Part shown: piece after piece, positions 18,473 to 26,875 of the stretch
How positions within the stretch are numbered: the stretch's first letter is position 1
Layout of the letters: each line of letters begins with the position of its first letter
DNA from: a virus
Taxonomy: Duplodnaviria > Heunggongvirae > Uroviricota > Caudoviricetes
IMG/VR virus record: IMGVR_UViG_3300044259_000172
Length of the DNA stretch: 38,401 nt
Strand: one strand, 5' to 3'
The notes under the pieces: model-generated
Told to the model about the DNA's origin: nothing
Database searches by the model: none
What the model saw: only the letters and a program-made list of their open reading frames with translations
Program-made: the position numbers and the translations under genes

Positions 18473-19125
18473 TATGATTTTCCTTTTGCTGGGTCGTTTC
18501 TTTCTTCAGATCTTTCAAAATAATCCCAATCAAGTTGAAGTTCATGATTGATAGAATTTCCTACCAAATTATATTTTTCTTTAGAAAAAGAAATCTTTAC
18601 GAAAGTCCTCATTCCAGGCTTATTTACATTTGCAACTCGATGGATAACTCCTTGATCAAGACGAAGGAGATGCTTATCTTTATAAACTCTGTGATGTTCA
18701 ACATCAGGTTCGGCGATATCTTGCATTTCTTTCAAAGAAATAGAATGATCTTGTGTAAATTCTACAAACTTTGGCGGTTCCCAAAATAATGTTCCATTTG
18801 TATTTGACCAAATATAATTCAGATCATCCGTCATAAATCCATCAGAATGCCATCCAGGACGATTTCCTGGATTGTCCGCAGATACGTAAAGTGTTTTTGC
18901 TGTGATATAAACATAACTATCCTTAAAGATTTTAGAAGCATCATAAGCGGCTTCTCTAATGATAGGAAGAAATTGTTTCAAATTTTTAGGAGTGTTTGTC
19001 ACACAATTTCCAGGAATTTTGATAGGGCAATAAAGCCAAAACATCATTTCTGTCGGATTTAGATCAATAAGACCAAGGTCAACAGGCTTGCTTCCATAAA
19101 TTTTACTCATTTTCCAATTCCTCAA
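18472..19125 (-). CDS. Putative 2OG-Fe(II) oxygenase
   Basis: RPGWHSDG (HxD), VIHR (distal His) and RTFVKISFS (Arg) in jelly-roll-like spacing. Confidence 0.6.
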   Translation of the reverse strand: MRNWKMSKIYGSKPVDLGLIDLNPTEMMFWLYCPIKIPGNCVTNTPKNLKQFLPIIREAAYDASKIFKDSYVYITAKTLYVSADNPGNRPGWHSDGFMTDDLNYIWSNTNGTLFWEPPKFVEFTQDHSISLKEMQDIAEPDVEHHRVYKDKHLLRLDQGVIHRVANVNKPGMRTFVKISFSKEKYNLVGNSINHELQLDWDYFERSEERNDPAKGKS

Positions 19126-19450
19126 AAATATAAAGACCTAATTCCATCTGAACAAAAACTTTACAAAATCCTACATAACGAAGATTTAGATTATCTGGAA
19201 TTTTACCTCCACACTTAAAGGCCCAAAATTTTCGTTCTTCATCAGGAACATCCGTTCGAACGACTGCCCAAAGCCAGAACATTCCACCTTGATCTTCCAT
19301 TCGAATAATTTCAGCTCCTTTAGGAAGTTTCATTGTAAATTGTTCAAGTACAGGCATTTGATATTTAAAAATAACTTTGCCTGTAGTATCTGACATCTTT
19401 TGCCCGCGAACGGTTACATCCCATTGATCTAATTGAATTTCTGGATTCAT
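19103..19450 (-). CDS. Small phage hypothetical protein (DUF7352-like)
   Basis: IFKY.MP......MKLPKGAEII....Q.G...LWAVV.TD.P.E.R.F...G pattern common in phage early genes. Confidence 0.55.
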   Translation of the reverse strand: MNPEIQLDQWDVTVRGQKMSDTTGKVIFKYQMPVLEQFTMKLPKGAEIIRMEDQGGMFWLWAVVRTDVPDEERKFWAFKCGGKIPDNLNLRYVGFCKVFVQMELGLYIFEELENE

Positions 19451-20685
19451 TTATTTACCTCATTTTCAAAAACATGATGAATGATATCAATCCCAAATTC
19501 TTCCCAAGACTTTTGTTTAGAAGAAAATTGTTGAAGTTTCATTCTAATTTGTTGCTTTGCAATATTTTTCACAGATTGATTTGGATCATCATTCTGCAAA
19601 TCTACAAACAATTTGAATGCGATACCGCATTCTTTATTTTGAAGCTTAGAATTATTAATTGCATGAGCAAAATTCTTTCTATCTTCCCGAGTTTTTTCAC
19701 ATTTGAAGAAATCGATATTAGAAATTTTACAAATTCTAACGATTCTAGAAATCAAATCTTCTGCATAGTAATTAATATCATATTCAACAATCTTCTTTGC
19801 ATGATCAAGCTTTGGCTTCAAAATTAAATCAGCATTCGAATAAATATCATCCCATTCTTCAGAAAGATATGCTCTTACAAAATGTCGATCAGATCGCAAC
19901 AAATCAGTATATCGATGCATTTTGACGTACCAATCGCCTTTAACTTTCACCCGATGACCTGAATCCAGACGAATAACAATTCCTTCTTTGTCATCAAATG
20001 ATTTTACTTCTTTGATCATTTCATCAAAAGTTGAAAATGTTTCTTCAAAGGATCGAACGAGTGGAATTGAATAATCGCTAGAAATAGATTGAAGAGTTTC
20101 AAGATCAAAATAAGTTCCTGGAATATTTTGACGAATATCCAAAAGAGTCAATCTCGGTTCAGGATAATCAATCACAATTTTATTAGATCGCGAAGTGAAT
20201 TCAAAAATAGGAGTACAATCATAGATTTCCCACATATCACGAAGAAAATCCTGAATATTTTCTTCAGTACATGCAAAATTTTCAGCAAACATAGATGTAT
20301 CAGTGATGCCAGCTTTGGTACCGAGTCTAATACCCTTTTCCAAAGGAATTGAGCGAATCATTGATCCATCTAGTTTGATGAATGATCTATGAGGTTCTTG
20401 TACAGGAAAATATGAAGTTTGTTCACGTTCTCCATAATTGAAAAATTTATGAAATGGTCGAGAAATAAGTTCACCGGTAGAATTTAAAAATGCAATTCCT
20501 CGGCATTCACGAATAAATTTGTCTTCTTCCTTTTCAATAGGAGGAAAATTATCCGGGTTCAACCCATTATAATTAAAAACAGTATATTCGCCTTGATCTA
20601 CTTCATGAAAAGTAGTAGGATCACGAAGCTTTTCACGAAAAGCTTTAATATTTTCAATTACTGGAAAATTATAATTTAGGTCCAT
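19447..20685 (-). CDS. rnlA: RNA ligase 1, T4 Rnl1/gp63-like
   Basis: RECRGIAF, RPFHKFFNYGE, motif I KLDGS, TPIFEF, NKIVIDY, EGIVI, VKVKGDWY. Confidence 0.9.
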   Translation of the reverse strand: MDLNYNFPVIENIKAFREKLRDPTTFHEVDQGEYTVFNYNGLNPDNFPPIEKEEDKFIRECRGIAFLNSTGELISRPFHKFFNYGEREQTSYFPVQEPHRSFIKLDGSMIRSIPLEKGIRLGTKAGITDTSMFAENFACTEENIQDFLRDMWEIYDCTPIFEFTSRSNKIVIDYPEPRLTLLDIRQNIPGTYFDLETLQSISSDYSIPLVRSFEETFSTFDEMIKEVKSFDDKEGIVIRLDSGHRVKVKGDWYVKMHRYTDLLRSDRHFVRAYLSEEWDDIYSNADLILKPKLDHAKKIVEYDINYYAEDLISRIVRICKISNIDFFKCEKTREDRKNFAHAINNSKLQNKECGIAFKLFVDLQNDDPNQSVKNIAKQQIRMKLQQFSSKQKSWEEFGIDIIHHVFENEVNK

Positions 20686-20730
20686 CTTTAATTTTTCTCA
20701 CTATTAGATATGTCTCTCATTTGTAAATAT

Positions 20731-20759
20731 AGGATATATTATTTTAGTGTGATTGTAAA
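20731..20759 (-). promoter_or_regulatory. Early-type sigma70-like promoter
   Basis: TTTACA-N17-TATCCT upstream of the RNA ligase; a second TTTACA lies at 20722-20727. Confidence 0.45.
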
Positions 20760-20761
20760 TA

Positions 20762-20769
20762 GATAAATA
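20762..20769 (+). promoter_or_regulatory. Late promoter-like GATAAATA at the head of the + strand island
   Basis: One-base variant of TATAAATA, 23 nt before the first ATG; same octamer at 27854, 28536 and 17259 (minus). Confidence 0.55.
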
Positions 20770-20792
20770 TAAAAAATAAGGATTAAATTACA

Positions 20793-21083
20793 ATGGCGAC
20801 ACCATCAGCTCATATAGCCCTAGGAACTGTTAAAGGCGGATTTCCTATTTTGGATACAAAATTCACTTCAATCGATTTAGTTCCAGGAGATGTTTATACC
20901 ATAACAAATTCTAATTTCAATTATATGGTAATGTCATCTCAAACAAATTTGTGGGTAGCGTTTACATTCGATGGCTCTACTCCTAATCCAGAAGTAAACC
21001 CAAGATTTTATATTACCGCTGATACTTTATGCCCATTTTTTGTATCTCAAGGAACAAAAATAGTTGTTGCTGAGGTAGTTTAA
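20793..21083 (+). CDS. Small beta-rich protein, paralog of 28564-28845; putative appendage adaptor
   Basis: SAHIALGTVKGGFPILDTKF...NY...WVAF...P.P...PR...PF.V..GTKI aligns end to end with the 93-aa ORF. Confidence 0.7.
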   Translation: MATPSAHIALGTVKGGFPILDTKFTSIDLVPGDVYTITNSNFNYMVMSSQTNLWVAFTFDGSTPNPEVNPRFYITADTLCPFFVSQGTKIVVAEVV

Positions 21084-21085
21084 AA

Positions 21086-21253
21086 TTGCCAAATTCTGAA
21101 AAAAAGGGTTCAGCCTTTACAATTTATAAATTTAAAAAATCACAAGAACTTCCTACTCTTCCAAGCGACGGAAGATATGTGGTTGATGATACTGTTGAAC
21201 CTATTCTTTTTGTAGTAAATGATGATGGTAAATTTGTAATAGATACGGAATAG
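21086..21253 (+). CDS. Small hypothetical protein (55 aa, TTG start), below the ORF-track cutoff
   Basis: Hand translation LPNSEKKGSAFTIYKFKKSQELPTLPSDGRYVVDDTVEPILFVVNDDGKFVIDTE; GAGG 10 nt upstream; fills the gap exactly. Confidence 0.45.
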   Translation: MPNSEKKGSAFTIYKFKKSQELPTLPSDGRYVVDDTVEPILFVVNDDGKFVIDTE

Positions 21254-21263
21254 GGAATAAAAT

Positions 21264-24008
21264 ATGGCCATAGAAACAGTAAATTCATTAGTTCAATTAG
21301 TTACGGACTTAAATAAACAAACTATTCCTTTAAAAGCTGGAATTAATGCAAATTTAAAACCTAATTTGCAATCTTTAGGAACAGTAGGAGGGGATGTAAA
21401 TCAAATCCCAATCTTTACAGCACCTGGAGTATTTTCTACTATTGATAAAAATAATCTAATTCAAGGTCTTAATTATGATAGTTATGTTCCTACTATTTCT
21501 GATAGGTCTGCTTATGATAATGAAGCAAAAGATTATAAAGTTTTAGTTGGAGATAATGGGTCTGGTAGAGCTGTTCTCTTTATTAAAAAATCGAATTTGA
21601 GTGCTGATTGGTCAAGCGCAATTTTTATAACAGGAGACAGAGGGCTTAGAGGGTTTCAAGGAGATAAAGGAGACAAAGGTGATCCAGGAGTAGGAACTCA
21701 AGGACCAAAGGGTGATACTGGTCCAGCTGGAGCTGATGGCGCAACTATTAATGTTGTCGCAGGAACTACTACGACAACTTCTCCAGGAACCAATGCTCAA
21801 GTTACTTCAACTTTAGTTTCTCCTACTCAATTAAGATTAGATTTTCAAATACCAAGAGGACAAGATGGTTCGGGAACTGGGAATGTAGTAGGTCCATCTA
21901 CAGGGACATATACTGGGCAATTTGCGATATTTTCTGATTCAACCGGAAAAAGAATTGAAGGCCTTTCAAATATTTCAGCTGATATTGTAACATTTAGCGT
22001 TGCAGGAATTGATGTTCCTACAACTGCAGATGATGTGCAAAGTGTTATCGAATATTTAGTTTCAAGAAGACCTCCTTCTTCTCAAGTTCCTTTTAGTAAT
22101 ACAACCTCATCTCTTCCAAATAATCCATCAAATGTCCAGGCTGCTATCGATTCATTGGCAGGAAGAACTATTTATGGATCTGGAATTGTATTCAATAATA
22201 CAACCTCATCTCTTCCAAATAATCCATCAAATGTCCAGGCTGCTATCGATTCATTGGCTTCGAGACCAATAAATTCTAATCAAGTACTTTTTGATAATAC
22301 TGGAATTAATATTCCAGGAAGTCCTACAGAAACTCATGCTGCTATTTCTAATTTTTATTCAGACTATTTGGTTAAAAATAGTGAAAGATGGACAAAGACA
22401 GAGCTTCCAGCTCAAGCTTTAGGAAAGAGCATTTTAAATTCAAATGATCAAACTGCGATTAGAGGATTAATTTCTGCTAACAGATATTTGGATGATATTA
22501 CTCAATCTGAAGCGGAAGCTGGAACTTCTACAATTCAAAGAAATTGGTCATCTTTAAATGTAAGACAATCGATAAATTATCTTTTATCTAATGTATGGGG
22601 AACTCCTTCTCTTTATTGGACAAAAGCTGAACTTCCTGCCTCAACTATCGGTAAAAATCTTCTAAATGTAGTTGATCAAGCTACAGGAAGATCTTTATTG
22701 AATGCTCAAGTTCTTTTAGATGATGTAACTCAAGCAGAAGCTGTAGCTGGAACAAGCACAACTAATAAAAATTGGTCATCTCTAAGAGTTAGACAGGCTA
22801 TTAATGCAGTCACGAGTTTAATTCCTTCCGATGCTGCTAGTGTAACTTTTGATAATTCTATTGCTGGATATCCATCTGCTCCTACAAATGTTCAAAAAGC
22901 TCTTGAAGTTGTAAAATCCATCATTCCTACAACTGCGACAGGAATCAATTTTGATAATTCTGTAACAAATTTCCAGGATAATCCTGTTAATGTACAAAAA
23001 GCTATTGAATCTGCGACAAATCTGATAAATCTTCAGAGTGAAGCTACGGGGGTAGGATTTGATAATTCTACAATTCAGTTAACTGGAACTCCAGATACAG
23101 TTTATAAAGCTTTTGCATCAGTAAAATCGATGATTAATACTGTATCATCTTCTTCAAATATCTCTTTTTCTAACACTGCATCTTCGATCCCAGGATCTCC
23201 TTCAAATGTTCAATCTGCGATTGATAGTTTTCATACTGAATTTAATTCTGCCGTTGCCGCAAAATTAAATCTAACAGGTGGAACATTAACCGGGGATTTA
23301 AATATCCAAAAGAATACTCCTTCGTTATATTTAAATGAAACTGGGCTTAATGCTAAATGGAGAATTCAACATGGAGGTGGAGGAAATTTAAGATTTGACC
23401 AATTTGATTCGTCAAATAATCAAGTTACTCCTTTAACTATTAGCCCTACAGGAGAAATTACTTCTCCATTAATTGGGGCATTATCTACGGCTCTTGGATC
23501 AAAAGTAAATGATACTGGTGATACAATGACCGGAGATCTTGCGATTAATAAGAATTTTCCAGCAGTTTCCTTTCAATACCCAACATTTCCTACTTGGAAT
23601 ATTGGGCCTAGAGAAGACGGTAGATTTTATTATTATTTACCAAATACCTTAGTAGCTCCTTTAAGTTTTGGACAAGATGGATCTATCGCATCAAATCAAT
23701 TTGGTGATTTGTTAACAGCTTTAAATTCTAAGGTTAATGATACTGGTGATACAATGACCGGAGATTTAACAATCTCCAAAACTTATCCACAAATGAAATT
23801 GACTTATACCGGAGTGGCTTCATGGGGGATTTACACAAATATCGATGGAAAAATGTATCATCAATATACTCCTAGCGGAGGATCTCCTTCAAATCCTATA
23901 GTATTTGGATCTAATGGATCTATTTCAACTGCACAAATTGGAGATTTAAAGACAGCTTTGGACAATATAAATACAAATACTATAGTGATGGCAATAGCCT
24001 TAGGATAA
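21264..24008 (+). CDS. Tail fibre protein with collagen-like segment and several repeat families
   Basis: G-x-y run GDRGLRGFQGDKGDKGDPG..GPKGDTGPAG; about seven F(S/D)NT...P.NVQ.AI repeats; two DD(I/V)TQ.EA.AGTS repeats; KVNDTGDTMTGDL repeats; C-terminal IVMAIALG. Confidence 0.85.
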   Translation: MAIETVNSLVQLVTDLNKQTIPLKAGINANLKPNLQSLGTVGGDVNQIPIFTAPGVFSTIDKNNLIQGLNYDSYVPTISDRSAYDNEAKDYKVLVGDNGSGRAVLFIKKSNLSADWSSAIFITGDRGLRGFQGDKGDKGDPGVGTQGPKGDTGPAGADGATINVVAGTTTTTSPGTNAQVTSTLVSPTQLRLDFQIPRGQDGSGTGNVVGPSTGTYTGQFAIFSDSTGKRIEGLSNISADIVTFSVAGIDVPTTADDVQSVIEYLVSRRPPSSQVPFSNTTSSLPNNPSNVQAAIDSLAGRTIYGSGIVFNNTTSSLPNNPSNVQAAIDSLASRPINSNQVLFDNTGINIPGSPTETHAAISNFYSDYLVKNSERWTKTELPAQALGKSILNSNDQTAIRGLISANRYLDDITQSEAEAGTSTIQRNWSSLNVRQSINYLLSNVWGTPSLYWTKAELPASTIGKNLLNVVDQATGRSLLNAQVLLDDVTQAEAVAGTSTTNKNWSSLRVRQAINAVTSLIPSDAASVTFDNSIAGYPSAPTNVQKALEVVKSIIPTTATGINFDNSVTNFQDNPVNVQKAIESATNLINLQSEATGVGFDNSTIQLTGTPDTVYKAFASVKSMINTVSSSSNISFSNTASSIPGSPSNVQSAIDSFHTEFNSAVAAKLNLTGGTLTGDLNIQKNTPSLYLNETGLNAKWRIQHGGGGNLRFDQFDSSNNQVTPLTISPTGEITSPLIGALSTALGSKVNDTGDTMTGDLAINKNFPAVSFQYPTFPTWNIGPREDGRFYYYLPNTLVAPLSFGQDGSIASNQFGDLLTALNSKVNDTGDTMTGDLTISKTYPQMKLTYTGVASWGIYTNIDGKMYHQYTPSGGSPSNPIVFGSNGSISTAQIGDLKTALDNINTNTIVMAIALG
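22097..22258 (+). repeat. 63-bp exact direct repeat within the tail fibre (22097-22159 and 22196-22258, period 99 nt)
   Basis: taatacaacctcatctcttccaaataatccatcaaatgtccaggctgctatcgattcattggc occurs twice. Confidence 0.9.
23508..23765 (+). repeat. 30-bp exact direct repeat (23508-23537 and 23736-23765) encoding NDTGDTMTGD
   Basis: aatgatactggtgatacaatgaccggagat occurs twice, 228 nt apart. Confidence 0.85.
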
Positions 24009-24012
24009 TAAA

Positions 24013-24351
24013 TTGACAACAAGTAATTTTTTACAAAAAACTAGTTTAGATATTGGAACTTCAGTTGTCTCCATTGGAGGTTATACAGTTCCAGCTTCAA
24101 CACAAACCATAGTTATTGGATTAACTGTCTCGAATAAAACTACTTCAACTATTCAGGTCTCCATTAGTTATTATAATGGAACTACTGATGCTTATGTAGT
24201 CAAGAATGCTTCGATTGTTCCGGGAGGATCTATCGTAGCGGCAGGGGGAAATCAAAAAATTGTGATGGCAGCAGGATCTAGTGTCAGAGTAATCTCATCT
24301 GCAGCAACATCAGCTGATGCTATAATGTCAATTCTTGAAATAGGACCATAA
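24013..24351 (+). CDS. Small tail-fibre-associated beta-sandwich protein (TTG start)
   Basis: IGTS...GGYTVPAST.TIVIGLTVSN...YVVKNA.IVPGGS.V...GNQKIV...S..S..SADAIMSILEI family that typically follows AIALG-ending fibres. Confidence 0.75.
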   Translation: MTTSNFLQKTSLDIGTSVVSIGGYTVPASTQTIVIGLTVSNKTTSTIQVSISYYNGTTDAYVVKNASIVPGGSIVAAGGNQKIVMAAGSSVRVISSAATSADAIMSILEIGP

Positions 24352-24354
24352 TAA

Positions 24355-25581
24355 ATGAGTTATATCGGAAATACTCCTACATTAACAACTAGAATAGATT
24401 ATATTTTTGTCTCATCTCAAGGACAATTGACATTTTCGGGAACAGATTCTAATAATCTGGTTCTCTCTTATAATCCTTCTAATGTTGATATATTTGCGAA
24501 TGGAGTGCTTTTACCAAGAAGTGATTTTGTGGCAAATGATTCAAGTTCGGTTATATTATCTTCAGCGAGAAATTCTGGAGACGTTATTACCGTTAGAGCT
24601 TACGGAATTCCAGATTCTATTAATGCTCTTTTACCAGGAAAAGTAGATGTTTCTTCTGCAGGGATCCTTTCCTCTTTTAGAAACAAAATAATGAACGGAA
24701 ATTTTGATCTTTGGCAAAGAGGAACTACCCAAACGACTTCTGGATATGGAGCAGCAGACAGATGGCTTTCAGGTAATTCCGGGTCAACTAAAACTACCTC
24801 ACTTCAGTCATTTACTCTAGGCCAAACTGATGTTCCTGGAAATCCAACTTATTTCTGTAGGACTGTAGTTTCATCTGTAGCAGGAACTGGTAATTTTGTT
24901 AATTTTTCTCAATCTGTAGAAGGAGTCCAAACTCTTTCTGGCAAAACTGCTACTTTAACTTTTTATGCTAAGGCTGACGCATCAAGACCTATGGGTGTTG
25001 AGTTTGCGCAAAATTTTGGATCATCAGGAAGTCCGTCATCACCTATATTAGGAATTGGTGCAACTAAAGTAAATCTAACAACTTCCTGGGCAAGATATGA
25101 TGTTGTAGTTTCTATTCCTTCAATTACAGGAAAAACCTTGGGAACTGATACTAATAATCTATTATTTATAGGGTTTTGGTTTGATGCAGGATCTTCTTAT
25201 AATTTAAGAAGTGCTTCCCTTGGTCAGCAATCTGGTACTTTTGATATTGCTAGAGTTTCTCTCGTTGAAGGAGATGCCAGATCAGATCTTAATCCATTTT
25301 CGGAAAGACATCCTCATCAAGAATTAGCTTTATGTGAAAGGTATTACCAAGTAATGCCTGGGACATATTATGCTTTTTCCGCAGGAGGAACTGCTACAGT
25401 TAGAAGATATCAAATAACATTTAGAAATCCTATGAGAGCTTCTCCTTCAGTTTCATGGAATTCGGGAGATACTTTTTATGTGGATGAAAAAAATAACAAA
25501 ATGATTAGATGGTATACGGACCCAGGATCAAATGCAGGTGAAAGAGCATTAGGAACTATTATTTGCGATGCAGAACTTTAA
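24355..25581 (+). CDS. Tail fibre / receptor-binding protein 1
   Basis: MSYIGNTP N-terminal anchor, VDIFANGVLL, FRNKIMNGNFDLWQRGT...ELALCERYY carbohydrate-binding-type domain, C-terminal DAEL. Confidence 0.85.
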   Translation: MSYIGNTPTLTTRIDYIFVSSQGQLTFSGTDSNNLVLSYNPSNVDIFANGVLLPRSDFVANDSSSVILSSARNSGDVITVRAYGIPDSINALLPGKVDVSSAGILSSFRNKIMNGNFDLWQRGTTQTTSGYGAADRWLSGNSGSTKTTSLQSFTLGQTDVPGNPTYFCRTVVSSVAGTGNFVNFSQSVEGVQTLSGKTATLTFYAKADASRPMGVEFAQNFGSSGSPSSPILGIGATKVNLTTSWARYDVVVSIPSITGKTLGTDTNNLLFIGFWFDAGSSYNLRSASLGQQSGTFDIARVSLVEGDARSDLNPFSERHPHQELALCERYYQVMPGTYYAFSAGGTATVRRYQITFRNPMRASPSVSWNSGDTFYVDEKNNKMIRWYTDPGSNAGERALGTIICDAEL

Positions 25582-25612
25582 GATATATAATGATATTAGA
25601 AAAGGAATATAA

Positions 25613-26104
25613 ATGGCAGTAGAATCAGCACACTATGATATGTTTGGAAATATAGTCGCAGTTATTGACGGGACGACTTATTCCATTCCAGATGAAATGG
25701 GAAATCGTTTCAGACAAATGGTAAAGGAATGGGAAGATTTAGGAAATACGATTGCACCTTATGTAGCTCCTCCTGCACCTATCGTCATTTATAAACCTAT
25801 AATTGAAGCTATTGCGGTATTTAATATTAATGGGGATGATATTGAAACTGTTGATCTATCAACAAAATTTTCTGGAGCAGCTAAAGTGGATGTAGGTAAA
25901 TATGTTCTAATGTTTTCTGAGCCAAGAGCTGATTCGAATTATATGCCTCTTGCATATTCTAATGATAATACCGATGCTAAATGTTCAATTAAATCTGATG
26001 AGATGTTTGATTCTTATTTCTTTGTAACTTGTGTCGATTCTCAAAATACTCCTATTGATATTACAAAATTATCAGTAGAAATTAAATCTCTTGTAGCAGC
26101 TTAA
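25613..26104 (+). CDS. Tail fibre assembly/chaperone-like protein 1
   Basis: IPDEMGNRFRQMVKEWEDLGNTIAPY motif shared with 26378-26875; C-terminus GKYVLMFSEPRADSNY resembles fibre-tip domains. Confidence 0.65.
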   Translation: MAVESAHYDMFGNIVAVIDGTTYSIPDEMGNRFRQMVKEWEDLGNTIAPYVAPPAPIVIYKPIIEAIAVFNINGDDIETVDLSTKFSGAAKVDVGKYVLMFSEPRADSNYMPLAYSNDNTDAKCSIKSDEMFDSYFFVTCVDSQNTPIDITKLSVEIKSLVAA

Positions 26105-26117
26105 AGGAAATTAAAAT

Positions 26118-26366
26118 ATGAAAATTGTATGTAATTCATTCAACAAAGTAACAGTATGGACGACATTTTCTGCTGATATTCCAGCCGCTGTAAAACAAAT
26201 TGTTGGAGTAGGAAATCCTTATTGGGCATGGGCATCCATTCCTGCGGGAAAAGTAATTGGGGCAGATTTTACAAATGCACCAATTTGCTCCTCAGATTTA
26301 ACTCAAATCGCTTCTGATATTGCTGCCATTACAGCTCTTCCAAATGATGTGTTAACTTATCAATAA
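26118..26366 (+). CDS. Hypothetical protein (82 aa)
   Basis: Good SD (AAAGGA); sits within the fibre cassette. Confidence 0.6.
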   Translation: MKIVCNSFNKVTVWTTFSADIPAAVKQIVGVGNPYWAWASIPAGKVIGADFTNAPICSSDLTQIASDIAAITALPNDVLTYQ

Positions 26367-26377
26367 GGAAAATAATA

Positions 26378-26875
26378 ATGGCTGTAGAAAGTGCTAAATT
26401 CGATCCTAAGGGGTCGATTATTGCCGTTATCGATGGAACGACATTCACAATTCCAGATGATTTTGGCAATAGACATAGGCATATGATTGAAGAATGGGTA
26501 AATGAGGGAAATACTATAGAAGAGTATGTTCCTCCTCCTGTTGATTTAAATGCATACGTCGCAAATCTTAGATATGAAAAGGAAATAGGCGGAACTGTTT
26601 GGAACACTTATCCAGTTCATACAGATAGAGAAAGTCAAAATAAAATTTCTGCGGAAGTTTTGGCTATTTCCTTAGGTTTAAGACAGGATGGAGATCCTTG
26701 GAAGTTTAAGGATGGTGAATTTAGGCCAATAACAAATGCTCAAATGACGGACATTGCTAATACGGTAAGATCTCATATTAGAAATGTTTTTGGAAAAGAA
26801 TCTTTAGTAATTGATAAAATTAATTCTAAAGAAATTACTACAACAGACCAGATTGATATCATATTTAATGAGTAA
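26378..26875 (+). CDS. Tail fibre assembly chaperone, DUF4376-like
   Basis: N-terminal IPDDFGNRH..MIEEW...GNTIEEY; C-terminal LRYEKEIGG...TDRESQ.KI...WK.KDG.F...T..QM..IA..V..HI...F.KE pattern. Confidence 0.75.
   Translation: MAVESAKFDPKGSIIAVIDGTTFTIPDDFGNRHRHMIEEWVNEGNTIEEYVPPPVDLNAYVANLRYEKEIGGTVWNTYPVHTDRESQNKISAEVLAISLGLRQDGDPWKFKDGEFRPITNAQMTDIANTVRSHIRNVFGKESLVIDKINSKEITTTDQIDIIFNE

Noticed and set aside
26811-26867. Longer start for fibre 2 given by the track
   Set aside because: It overlaps the chaperone gene by 65 nt with no SD; ATG at 26868 next to the upstream stop is more plausible
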